Below are positions 49,665 to 59,777 of a DNA stretch of 64,000 nt, one piece after another; within the stretch, counting starts at the first letter, position 1, and every line of letters begins with the position of its first letter. A program made the position numbers and the translations under genes. The DNA is from Candidatus Latescibacterota bacterium. Its GTDB lineage: Bacteria; Latescibacterota; UBA2968; UBA8231. The notes under the pieces are model-generated. The model was not told the DNA's origin and ran no database searches. It saw only the letters and a program-made list of their open reading frames with translations. The DNA lies in the NCBI GenBank assembly GCA_963422735.1, contig OY730476.1, positions 4,832,001 through 4,896,000 on the forward strand, in the 5' to 3' direction.

Positions 49665-50225
49665 CTAACTATGATGACAGGGCAACCTAGAGAGCCGGTC
49701 GCCTAGGAAAAGCATCAACCCAACCAAGATGCCAGCGCATATCCACGTGTAGCTTTGGGCTTGTCCGAAGACGAGCACGGCCAAGATGCCCAGCAAACCT
49801 GTACCGGCGACGGCGACTAACACCAGTTGGACGCAGGTAAGGCCGACGGCCCTCAACCGATGCGCCAGATGGTCGCGACTCCCCTGCATGATCGGTATTC
49901 CGCGACGCCACCTGCACAGCGAAACTAGCAGCACATCTAGCATGGGCACGGCCAAGACGAGACCGGCTGCAGCCCAGTCTTCTATACGGTTAGTCCCCAC
50001 GCCCAACTTGATGCACAGTACGCCCAGCATGAAACCGAGGAAAAGGCTCCCGCCATCCCCCAAGAACATCCGAGCCCGAGGAAAGTTGAAAAGCAGAAAC
50101 GCAAATGCGGCACCAACAAGCGCGGTGCCAGCCAGCGCAACGGCTACGTTGCCCGCATAAAACCCGAGCAAAGCGATAAACGCGGCGGCAGTGGAGGCAA
50201 CCGAGGCGGCTAGACCATTGGCTAC
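49665..50225 (-). pseudogene. MraY/WecA-family polyprenyl-phosphate sugar-1-phosphate transferase, C-terminal half only
   Basis: NGLAA...FNFPRARMFLGDGGS...DHLAHRL; the N-terminal half and start codon are absent. Confidence 0.8.
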
Positions 50226-50226
50226 A

Positions 50227-50772
50227 TCAGATTAGGGCTGCGGTTTCATACGCGAGTTGCCAAGCCAATTTGAACGGATTCTCTGCAGATTTGCCAAAAC
50301 CAAGCTCTGGGGCCAATCGCCACGATGCCTGTTGCACTGCAATTCCTTTCGACGAAAAAGTTGCCGCCGTGCGCAACAGATGCAGTGGGTACGTGACGAC
50401 GATCGCTTCTTTCCAGTCCTGGTTGCGGAAAACTCGTTCTAGGGTTCTAGCCTCGCCGTACGTCCCGCCCGGATGTGAGGCTAGAACCGAAACCGTACTG
50501 CCTCGGGGTATGCCAGCGGCCTCTGATTCCCGCAGAGAGGCGAATGCCACTACTTTAGGGGCCATCCCCTGCTCGAAGAGTTCGGCGGCGCAAGCCAACG
50601 CACGGGCGGTCTCTACGCTCGGTCCTCTCGGTACAACTATAGCGTCGGCTCGACCTCCGATGTGCGGTACGTAAAAGGCGCACTGCACGATCCAAGCGGC
50701 GAGTGCCATCAGAATGCCCAAGCTGACAGCCAATAAGCCTATAGCTGCTTTTGTATAATAATTGTATCCCAT
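50227..50772 (-). CDS. YdcF/DUF218 (SanA/ElyC-like) protein
   Basis: N-terminal TM, ADAIVV, TYGEA, IVVTYPLHLLR, YE; AAGGAG RBS. Confidence 0.7.
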   Translation of the reverse strand: MGYNYYTKAAIGLLAVSLGILMALAAWIVQCAFYVPHIGGRADAIVVPRGPSVETARALACAAELFEQGMAPKVVAFASLRESEAAGIPRGSTVSVLASHPGGTYGEARTLERVFRNQDWKEAIVVTYPLHLLRTAATFSSKGIAVQQASWRLAPELGFGKSAENPFKLAWQLAYETAALI

Positions 50773-50816
50773 CGCGTATCTCCTTCTCGGTTTAGTTTCC
50801 GACTCTACCCATGCTC

Positions 50817-51623
50817 TTACTTCAACTTCCTGATTGCCCGTACTAACTGCGGGCAACTCCCTTCCAGTTTTTCGGACAACTGGATATGGCGCACCCAAGC
50901 CGACGACACCCAATTGTGCAGCCGGTCCCCTTTTCCCCTCAACTTCGCTGTTGCGCCTTGAAAATCGTCGTGGTCGTACAACTCCCGCCGCTTGAGGAAA
51001 TACGGATCCGACCGATTCGTGTTGGTCCCCGCGACCGTGCCGCACGCCCCGGCATAACCGCACTCGACCACTACGCGCCGTACACGTGCCGTCGCTAGCC
51101 CTCGCGGGTACGCGAAATACCGCACCGCTTTGCCGAGGTGATCCTCAATCCTGCGCTTTGAATCGCCTACTTCGCGGTAAATCCCGGCGAGACCGAGTTG
51201 GGTGAGCATGGCGTGGGTTGCGGTGTGCGAACCAATTTCGACTCCCGCTTCGGACAGGGCCGCAATGTCCCTCCATCCCAGCAACTTCCTTCCTTCCAGC
51301 CGGCACCCGACGAGATCGCTGATGACGAAGACGGTCGCTTTGAATCCGAAACGCTCCAACAGTGGCATGACCTCGGTCAACACGCTCGCATAGCCGTCGT
51401 CGAAAGTGATGGCGATTTCCCGATCAACCGAGTGGTTCCCCCATCTGTAAAGCCTATTCACCGACCTATCGAGTGAAGTGGGGGCATAGCCCAAGCTGCT
51501 AATGGCCTCGAGATGCTCTGCGAACCTCTTCGGTGGCACGCTCAACGGACCGTCTCCGTCCTCTATCGCGTGATAGGTCAGGATAGGGAGGGTTCTGCGT
51601 CTTTGCGTTTTTTCTTTAGGCAT
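50817..51623 (-). CDS. Polysaccharide deacetylase (CE4)
   Basis: PILTYH, ITFDDGY, EIGSHTATH, FAYPRG. Confidence 0.92.
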   Translation of the reverse strand: MPKEKTQRRRTLPILTYHAIEDGDGPLSVPPKRFAEHLEAISSLGYAPTSLDRSVNRLYRWGNHSVDREIAITFDDGYASVLTEVMPLLERFGFKATVFVISDLVGCRLEGRKLLGWRDIAALSEAGVEIGSHTATHAMLTQLGLAGIYREVGDSKRRIEDHLGKAVRYFAYPRGLATARVRRVVVECGYAGACGTVAGTNTNRSDPYFLKRRELYDHDDFQGATAKLRGKGDRLHNWVSSAWVRHIQLSEKLEGSCPQLVRAIRKLK

Positions 51624-52485
51624 AGCAGTGATCTGGTTGTGTTGCACTTCGGGTTTTTGTACCGCTTGCTCGTCTGACCGCCGGGCTGGACGCGGAAAGC
51701 CAATCCACCGTCATCTGCACGACCTCCTGTACTTTATCATGCGAACGGTAGGAGTGATCGGTGTCTTCGACTATTCTCGTCTCGTACGATATGCCGCCGA
51801 TAAAGCGGCACAGAGCCTCATAGTCGCGGGCGCACCCGCGGCTGGATGGGTCGCCAGAGGGGTAGATGCCGAGCGCGTGGACGGTTGCGCCGAAGCGATC
51901 TTTGGTCAAGAGGTTTTCGATGGGTATGTGACCGAGACTCTTCTCTTCAGGAGCGTCCACATCCCTCGGACTAGTGAATTGGTTCTTGGCCTCGGCGTAC
52001 AAACCCCAAAACTCCACGACAGCGGCTTTCAGGTACTTGGAGGACCGGCGAATGTCCATGGACCGTTTATCGGCCAGTTCGGTGGGACTCCACATCACTA
52101 ATTTTTGCCAGTTCACCGCCGCCGTTGCAGTACAGTACAGCGCCACCCAAGCACCAAAGCATTGGGCCACGCACGAGACTGCATCGATATTCGCTTCGCT
52201 TTCCAAGAAGCGTGCGCTCTCCACGCAATCGCCAACCGGAGTGAATTTGCCGCCGGCTTCGCTGTTGCCCCGTCCCCCGAAATCGAACCGGAGGCAGTGG
52301 AAGCCGGCACGCGCTAGTTGGCGCGCACCGCACGCGTACATACTATGGTCTCCGAACAGATGATCCGGTTCGCCGGGGACGAAGAGTACGCCGTGCCGCA
52401 AGTCGCGCCCGGGACTGGGCCGGTGCCATACGCCGAGGAGTTGGCTGTTTTCTCCTCGATAGACAACTACTTGCTCGTTGGTCAT
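51616..52485 (-). CDS. Alpha/beta hydrolase, exosortase-A-associated hydrolase-1-like (Cys at the nucleophile elbow)
   Basis: LLGVWHRP, LRFDFGGRGNSE, AQCFG, D, DHSY. Confidence 0.7.
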   Translation of the reverse strand: MTNEQVVVYRGENSQLLGVWHRPSPGRDLRHGVLFVPGEPDHLFGDHSMYACGARQLARAGFHCLRFDFGGRGNSEAGGKFTPVGDCVESARFLESEANIDAVSCVAQCFGAWVALYCTATAAVNWQKLVMWSPTELADKRSMDIRRSSKYLKAAVVEFWGLYAEAKNQFTSPRDVDAPEEKSLGHIPIENLLTKDRFGATVHALGIYPSGDPSSRGCARDYEALCRFIGGISYETRIVEDTDHSYRSHDKVQEVVQMTVDWLSASSPAVRRASGTKTRSATQPDHCYA

Positions 52486-52557
52486 GGGTTGCCCCTTTGC
52501 TGAGGTGATTTTTACCGAAAAATTTCCCGTCTTTCTTCGGTCCTCCCCTGGTCTTTC

Positions 52558-55042
52558 CTACTCGCTCTGCAAGTCTTTAGTGAGGGGTTTCCTCATAAGG
52601 GCCACCGTGTGCAACAATACACCCGCACAGGCCGTGGCCGCTGCGGCCAAACTTTCCAATCCTAGGAACACCCACCCATCGTCTATCCGCTGCGAGAAAT
52701 GGTTTAGCCACTCTTCGATGCCCAAGTACGCCAAGGGTCCTATCAGTAGGCACCCAGCCAGCACCAGCCACAGCAACCGCCGCGCCAACAGGCTAGCCAC
52801 ATGCCGACCCTGTGCGCCCAAGGTCCGCATGAAGGCGATATTATGCCGCTGATGGGACACTGTGATCGCCGTCAGGCCATAGGCTCCCAGCGCAGCGATG
52901 AACACGGCCAAGAAGGCTGACCCGCATACGATCTGTAGCCAGATCAGGTCGTCTCGGTAGTACGCGGCCAAGTGGTCTTCGAGCCACGACAGATACAGCA
53001 CATCGTCGGGGGCTATGGCTTGCCACTCGCGCTCAATGTGCTCAAGCACCTCTTTGCCTGCCTTGGGGTCGAGGCGCACAAAGAGCAACTCGTGCTGATT
53101 CATAGAGGAGTCGAGCAAGAGCACACCCGGCTCTTCAGAGTTGCTTTTCAGCGAATAGAAGTAATAGTCGCTCAGTACGCCTACAACGCGGCCTTGTCCA
53201 TTGGGCATCTGACGGGCTAGGCGTTTCTCAAACTGCACGGTTTGGCCGATGGGTTGGTCCCATCCGGCTCGGGCGACAAAGGTCTCATTGACCAGAATGC
53301 CCGCTTGATCCGGCCCCAAATCCACGCCTTGTACGAGTTGGAGGCCGAGCGTCTCGACAAAATGCGGATCCACGCCTAGGCAACGCGCCTCGATGGTGTG
53401 GTCCTCACTGGGCAACATCGTCTTTTTTATCCAAGGTACTCCGCCCAATTCTTTCTCCAAGAAATGATCCTTACTCGTAGCCACCGACTTGATTCCACTA
53501 TGGGCGAGCAGTCGCTCCTTGAGTAGCTGCCGATGTCTGCTATCGATGTACTGCGGCAACTCCCTTATTCTGAGTACCAGCACTTCGGCGGGCACAAAGC
53601 CCAGATCGAATGCCTGCAAGTGGTGCAGTTGACGAACCATCACCAAGCTCGTGCCCGCCAGCCCAGCATAGGCGGCGAACTGCACCACCACTAAGGCACT
53701 GCCTAGCGCCGACCGGCGGCTGAGCAGACTGTCGCCACGCACCGCCTCGCTGGGGTTGGTCCGCGCTAGAATCAAGCCGGGGTACGCAGCGGCCAACAGG
53801 CTGGTGAGCACTAACAGGACCAGCTCGCCAACGATAAAGTGGATTGGTATAGTTGAGACGCGGGTCTTGACCCAGCACCGCGTTGAACGCCGGCAGCAGG
53901 GCTTCGCCGAGGGCCAAGCCTATCACCAGCGATACGCTACACACCACTACCGTTTCCATCCAGAACTGCACCGGCAGTTGCCAGCGCGTGGCACCGAGGG
54001 CGACGCGCACCCCGACTTCTAGTCCACGTGTACTCGCCTGAGCCGTAGCCAGGTTGACGTAATTGACCACGGCTACGGCCAGCAGGAGCAAGGCGATAGC
54101 CAAGACGATATAGGTTTCCAACGGGTCGTGCGGCGGGGCGATACTTTCGTATCCTTTCCACTGCGTCACGTCGGTGTCCGTGCGCAGGGCCGACAGGGGT
54201 TGCAATTCCACCTTAAAATCCACCCCACGGGCTGCCTCGTCGCTGAAATCGGGTGCGTTTTCAAGCACCAACTGCCGCATCAGTTCTTCGGCTTGCTTCA
54301 AATCGCCATCGTTGGCGTCCTCCCGCAACTGGACGAATAGGACACTGTCTCGATCCCAAAAGTCATCAATCCAGCGCCATAGGAACTCCGAGTTGTGAAA
54401 GGGCAACAGTATGTTCAACTGGATCGACGAGTTCGCCGGCGGCGGGGCGACCACTGCTTGGATGGTGTATTCCTTGTGCTCGGATTTGGGCCATGCCACA
54501 TCGATCTGTACTATCCGACCCACCGCTGGCTCGTCGCCGAAGTAGCGGCGGGCGAAATCGCTGCTGACGACGATGCCGTCCTTTACCCCTAGAGCCGTCC
54601 GCGGATTGCCTACTTCAAGGGGGAAGGTGAACACCTTGAAGAAATTCTCGTCAACCAGTAAAAACGGCTCGTCGTTCCACGTATCGCCCGATCGGACGCG
54701 GATCCGCTGACCTTCCAATGACGCGTCGCGACTGGAAACCAACCGGACCGTTTCTTCAACTTGGGGCACGGCGTTCTGGATAGCCTCGGCCATGGCGACC
54801 GGAGTGTGATCCCCCATTTTCCTACTATCATAGCCCGGGGCTTTGGCGTTGAACACCACTCGGTATAGGTGAGCCCCGTTCTCGTGGAAGCTATCGTAGC
54901 TCCACTCGCGCGATACCAGCGCGTAAGTTAGAATGCAGAAGCCAAACGCCAGCGACAGACTGCCCACTTCAATGACGCTCAGCAGCTTGTGCCGTCGCAG
55001 GATGCGCACGGCGATCTGCAAGTAATTACCAATCATTCTCAT
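52558..55042 (-). pseudogene. FtsX/MacB-type ABC permease (~800 aa), frameshifted near 53840
   Basis: IGNYLQIAVRIL, SYDSFH, NYVNLATA...EVGVRVALGA in ORF 53540..55141; continues as LLAAAYP...LVVVQF in ORF 52558..53811. Confidence 0.85.
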
Positions 55043-55188
55043 GGTGCTTGCTCCTGTCGTATATCTACTTTCCTTACTAGCATCGCTGTAATCATACCGA
55101 GGAGACGAAGGGGCTTGGTTGGTTTGAGAGAGCTTAGCCAATACGGCTAGTTAGGTGGACCTATCCTCGGTCCGTTTATGGGACACGG

Positions 55189-55365
55189 CTAGTCGGGATC
55201 GCAGCATTTCCCTGTCGTGTATATGCAGGTGTACGTTCCACTGAACAGCCCTTCCTGTATCCAGCGGCTGGAGTAGTTGGACCGCTGCTCTGGCGTACAC
55301 TCGGCGTGATAACCGAAAACGACCTTCCGGTTGTGCTTCCGGTTTCTCTTCGTCAGCTTTTTCAT
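55189..55365 (-). CDS. 58-aa peptide with basic leader and Cys/Ser/Thr/Tyr-rich C-terminus; candidate precursor peptide
   Basis: AAGGAGGT 5 nt before ATG; own sigma-54 promoter; MKKLTKRNRKHNRKVVFGYHAECTPEQRSNYSSRWIQEGLFSGTYTCIYTTGKCCDPD. Confidence 0.75.
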   Translation of the reverse strand: MKKLTKRNRKHNRKVVFGYHAECTPEQRSNYSSRWIQEGLFSGTYTCIYTTGKCCDPD

Positions 55366-55519
55366 AATGCACCTCCTTCTTCGGAGAAGTAGGCCCCTCG
55401 GTCTCCTCAGCATGATGCCCAACAGTTGGTCTAATTTTTCGCCTCCTTTCCGACAAGTTAGATATCTGAAGCATATCTCTTTCGGCCTTATCTTGTCATG
55501 GCCTTTCATCCAGAAGAAA

Positions 55520-55639
55520 TGCAAGATGTGTGCCATATTACTTAACCTATTGAGAGACAATAAGATGAGTCGAATCGACTTCCTCAATCGTCCCATGATC
55601 ACTGTCCGCTGGTGATACACAGGTGTCCGTTGACGAACA
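55520..55639 (-). promoter_or_regulatory. Sigma-54 promoter, IHF-like tract and tandem enhancer pair; cassette 2
   Basis: TGGCAC-N5-TTGCA (rc of 55520-55535); TGTCCGCTGGTGATACA at 55603 and TGTCCGTTGACGAACA at 55624; geometry matches cassette 1. Confidence 0.88.
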
Positions 55640-55747
55640 CTCGCTATGCTCACTTGACGAAAACCAGCACGCCCCAATACCTCGCTTAGACCTAATACGC
55701 AGACGCCCCCGTGCTCCGAGATGCGTTTCAATCGCGATTTCATGGCA

Positions 55748-56029
55748 CTATACCGAGATGGCCCTCGATACGAATTCTGCTAGGGATCGCAAGCTACTCA
55801 GCACTTCGGGGTTGAGGTCGTCGTCGTCAAACTCAAAGCCGAATCGCTCTTCTATTTCCTGCACATACGTCAGAATTTCAGCCGAATCCATCCCGAGGTT
55901 GCCGTCGAGCAGAGCTTCGTCTAAGTCGATCAAATCCGGATCTATATCCATCTCCGTCACCTCTAAGAGCAGCACCCGTAACTCGTATAGGATGCGTTCC
56001 ATTTGACTCTCTTCGAATTGTATCGCCAT
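55748..56029 (-). CDS. Acyl carrier protein
   Basis: 93 aa, acidic, LGMDS phosphopantetheine site, EIEERFG; AGGAGG RBS. Confidence 0.9.
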   Translation of the reverse strand: MAIQFEESQMERILYELRVLLLEVTEMDIDPDLIDLDEALLDGNLGMDSAEILTYVQEIEERFGFEFDDDDLNPEVLSSLRSLAEFVSRAISV

Positions 56030-56075
56030 TGTCTGTTTCCTCCTACTAGTATGGCCGCGCCTCAGCCTAAATGGC

Positions 56076-57821
56076 TTATCCCGCAGCCGCCGCGAAGTGT
56101 CTGCGACCTTGTATCTCCTCTTTCTCGTTCGGAGCAAAAAACTGCCGAAAGTACTTCCCCTTTCTCTTCATTTCTGACGGAGTACCCTCTTCAACTACCC
56201 TTCCGTTCTCAATGCAGAAAACCCAGTCCATTCTTTCTATGACTTCTGCGTTGTGGCTTACTACTATAGTGAACATGTTTTTTCGGGTTTCCAGCAGTTC
56301 TAAAACCGATTCCTCCATCTGCCCATCTACCATCGAAGTGCCCTCGTCTATGACTAGGATATCGGGGTCAGACATCAGCGCTCTCGCTATGCACACCCTC
56401 TGCCGTTGCCCGCCCGACAACCACGCCCCATTATCACCTATTGTCGCGCCTCTAGCCCTCTCGGTGACGAGTTTGGGTATCCTAAGAGAGCACAGTATTC
56501 TATCTGGACAGGCGACCTCCCCTCGTTTCCCGTAAAACACGTTCTCCAATACGGACCTGTTGAAAAGCAACGTTTCCTGCGGCACCATGCCGATATTTAG
56601 CTCCTTCAACCTCGTACTGTTTTTGCCAACCGCCCCATGGACGGCTATCTCTCCGTCCATGGGATCCAAAAGCCCACACACTATATTGACCAAAGTCGTC
56701 TTTCCGCTCCCGTTCTCGCCCACGAGCGCATAGCGTAGGCCTCGTTCGAGGTCGAGATCAATGTCGTGTAGCACCAACTCTCCGTGATAGCCTGCTGAGA
56801 TTTTCTCATTGTTATCCGCGAGCACTCGGGCCGAATTCGTCTTTCTCCAGCTAGCTCTATAGTGCCTTTTCGATGCAGGTTTTCCAGTTCCTCGATCCGC
56901 TTTAACGAGACGCTGCCCTCTACCAAGGTCGTATATACTTCCCCTAATTTTTTAATAGGTTCCACGAGCCAGTTGATGTACTGGCCAAATGCAACAAGGG
57001 ATCCGATGGTCATCTCCCCGCCTAGCACATCATGGGCACCGACGAGTAGGACCAAGATCGGTCCTAAGCCGAGGAGAAACGAGGAGCAGGAATGTCTGGT
57101 AGAGCTAAAAACCGTGCGCTTTACCTCGAGATCTCCGAGATCACCTACTTCTTTTTTGATACCCTTGCTGGTATTGGCCCCTTGGGCAAAGGCTTGCACT
57201 ACCTTCAAGTTTTGGTAAGTCTCCACGAAACAGGCTGTGAGGCGACTTCTGCGCTCGGTGGCCATTTGGGTGTATTCTAAGAGCTTGGCTTGGGTAAATT
57301 TTGCTATTGCATAAAAAAAAGGGAGTCCAACCACGCAGATAAAGAACAGCTTCAGATTCATCCATCCCAGAATGCCCACAATAATCGCCAATCGCAACCC
57401 ATTTCTTACTACATTTAACAACGTTTGGGTCAGGACCTTCTGAACATTGCCGCAGTCTGTCATCGTCCGGTACGAAAGGTCAGCGGCGTTAAAGTCGCGT
57501 AGATTGAAGTACGGTATCTCTATTTTTTTTTGCGAGTTCGCCGCGCAACTTCAGCATGATGTTTCTGCCAATATGGGCACTCAGCAGGCGAGAGAGTACG
57601 GATAGCACCAACCGCACTACCATCAGACCGAACATGCAGAATACGATCCAGACCAGTAGCTCGCCATTGCGCTCTAGAAGTACCTTGTCAATCAGCGCCT
57701 TGGTTAATAGAGGCGAAACGAGTACCGCTGCTATAGACATGCAACTGAGGGTCAAGGCCAAGAGCTGGAGCTGCCACTCCCAGCCGATGTACTTGAAGTA
57801 CGGGGTTAGCACGCTGAGCAA
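56076..57821 (-). pseudogene. ABC exporter (TMD+NBD, no C39 peptidase domain) split by two homopolymer frameshifts
   Basis: Three consecutive ORFs; removing one A from the run at ~57523-57531 and adding one A at ~56802 restores a single frame; GENGSGKT, LSGGQRQR, IDEGT. Confidence 0.85.
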
Positions 57822-57908
57822 GTTCGCGTTTTTCTTAAACTTTATGGCATAGCCCCGTGTGGTACTTCTTTCACCAATCGCACACTATTATCGTGCGGGT
57901 TGTAGCAG

Positions 57909-58808
57909 TCAGATCCGTTCTGAGGCGGGGCAGGATGAGATACCAGAGAAAGTCTTATACGTAAAAAGCTCAAATAATATCCCACACAGCGCATAATGGT
58001 CCGTTTCTTGGGTGAATTGATCAAACCGCAAAATCTGCTCAACAGGCGCATAGGCAGGACTGAACTTCCCCGTTTTGTACTCTTTCTCCGCTGGGTGGGG
58101 ATCTCCAGCCGTTACCGTCGTCTCGAAATCGACAAGCGTTACCCCTAGCTCGCTCAGACCAACAGAAAACGGATTTCGTGGACACACCATGACATTGCCG
58201 GGGTTAAGATCGAGAAAGACCTTGCCCTTAGCGTGTAACAAGCGGAGAGCCTCCGTCAGCTTGGCCGCTACCCACAACTTCATATCGAGGGTCAGTTCTT
58301 GCGGATACTGGTCTCTGCTAGGTATCAGATAGAACTTATGCAGGGACTTGCCTTCGACGAATTCGTACACGTAATACTGGATCTTGTAGCGAGTAGGGAC
58401 TATGCCTTTGCAATAGTACTTAACCGCCACCCCCTTTTCGACGGGTTTCGCGAAACTTTCGTGTTCCAAGTCTCGGGCGACATTGAACTCATTGTCGCAA
58501 AAGGCCCTGTCGGCCAGCCGAGTCCGCGAACCTACTCTGTCCCCACTTTCTGTCTCTATATCGCCTAGGAGGCCGATATCTTGGCCCGGCAGGACGTATT
58601 TTACGAATACCTGCTTTCCCGTCAGGATATCTCGGGCCGCGAGGATATTAGAACGGCTTGGAGAAGGCCGCTCGGGAGAGAGCCTGTATTTCCCGATCCG
58701 GCGAATTGGACGCCTCCTTGCTGGCACGACTCTCGGCTCGAGGACGCAGATAGGCATGCTGCGGAAAATCCACTTTGCACATTGGCGGATGTACCTGCTG
58801 ATTTCCAT
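57909..58808 (-). CDS. Protein kinase-like (Hanks-type fold), possibly C-terminally truncated
   Basis: VFVK, NE, YEFVEG, FLDLNPGNV, LVDFE, YAPVEQ, TDHYAL; GAGGAGG RBS. Confidence 0.8.
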   Translation of the reverse strand: MEISRYIRQCAKWIFRSMPICVLEPRVVPARRRPIRRIGKYRLSPERPSPSRSNILAARDILTGKQVFVKYVLPGQDIGLLGDIETESGDRVGSRTRLADRAFCDNEFNVARDLEHESFAKPVEKGVAVKYYCKGIVPTRYKIQYYVYEFVEGKSLHKFYLIPSRDQYPQELTLDMKLWVAAKLTEALRLLHAKGKVFLDLNPGNVMVCPRNPFSVGLSELGVTLVDFETTVTAGDPHPAEKEYKTGKFSPAYAPVEQILRFDQFTQETDHYALCGILFELFTYKTFSGISSCPASERI

Positions 58809-58855
58809 GTTAGCCTCCTCTATGGGCAATCGCAGTAAGTTCTTGCGTGCATCCG

Positions 58856-59536
58856 TTAGCGCGACGCATCAGCGACCACTCTTTTCGATGCACAGCCAGC
58901 CAAGAAACGGCGACGGCTCTCCTCTAGATCGTCGGCGTCTTGCTCGACCATCAAATCGCCGATGTACCCCGAACTATCGACGCAGAGCATGACACCATAG
59001 ATTTCCCTCGATCCGAGCAATTGTAGTAACGATTCCGGCACGTGCTTCTTTTCTACCGTGACAGGTTTTCTTTTCGGAGCGTACGAGTTGCTTATTTCGA
59101 GCACCTTGATCAGGCTCTCTTCCCCTTCAAATGCGCCGATGTAGAGTGGCTCGTTCCCAATCCCCATATCGCTTTGCCCCGCGTACCAGTATCCAAACAT
59201 ATCGGCATAACAAGCACTGCATTTCGCCTTGTCGTCGAATAGCATAATTATATCGCCGTCTCGCTGGATAAAATCTCCTAGGCGAACTACCTCTATTCCC
59301 TGTCGAATAGGCAACTCGCCCAAAGCTAGTCCCAGTACCTGCTCGCCCGCGATTGCTAAGGCGACTTCCCTCTTTAACCCCTCAATCTCGTGCCGGCGCT
59401 CGTCCCTACCTTGGTTCTTGCCAACGAAGAAAGACATCCCTATGGCCAAGGTCGCTAGCAGCACAACGGCCAACCGTCTGATATGTCTCATAACTCGCTC
59501 CTTGTTGTTAGAATTAACCATTGTTCGCGATCCCAA
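58856..59536 (-). CDS. Membrane-anchored thioredoxin/redoxin-like protein (CxxC)
   Basis: N-terminal TM; IIMLFDDKAKCSAC; MLCVDSSGYI. Confidence 0.5.
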   Translation of the reverse strand: MGSRTMVNSNNKERVMRHIRRLAVVLLATLAIGMSFFVGKNQGRDERRHEIEGLKREVALAIAGEQVLGLALGELPIRQGIEVVRLGDFIQRDGDIIMLFDDKAKCSACYADMFGYWYAGQSDMGIGNEPLYIGAFEGEESLIKVLEISNSYAPKRKPVTVEKKHVPESLLQLLGSREIYGVMLCVDSSGYIGDLMVEQDADDLEESRRRFLAGCASKRVVADASR

Positions 59537-59545
59537 ATCGCACTG

Positions 59546-59776
59546 TTAGGCATCCGAGACTGCGATTCTGTACACCTTTACGACTGGATCGGCTAGGTTG
59601 CCAGAATCGTCGATGTAGGGCTTTTGCCGCATATAGAGCAGACCTTCGTCAGCAATGCCTACCAACCAGCCATAATCGGGATCAATGCGGCCGATTCGTC
59701 TGAATTGGTCGTCATATACCAGATAATAGCCGAATCCCTCACCTTCCTCCTTCATCTCTTCAGTCTCAGGAGCCAC
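59546..59776 (-). pseudogene. C-terminal fragment of a probable 6-bladed beta-propeller protein
   Basis: YYLVYDDQFRRIGRI...GLLY...DPVVKVYRI resembles the last blade of such proteins; abuts enhancer cassette 3 with no RBS. Confidence 0.45.
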
Positions 59777-59777
59777 G

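Noticed and set aside
55189-55743. 184-aa ORF as the real gene
   Set aside because: It spans the enhancer and sigma-54 promoter; the strong RBS points to the ATG at 55365.
55189-58808. Classical lanthipeptide, sactipeptide/ranthipeptide or NRPS/PKS cluster
   Set aside because: No lyase/cyclase, radical SAM, adenylation, condensation or ketosynthase domain is present in the window.
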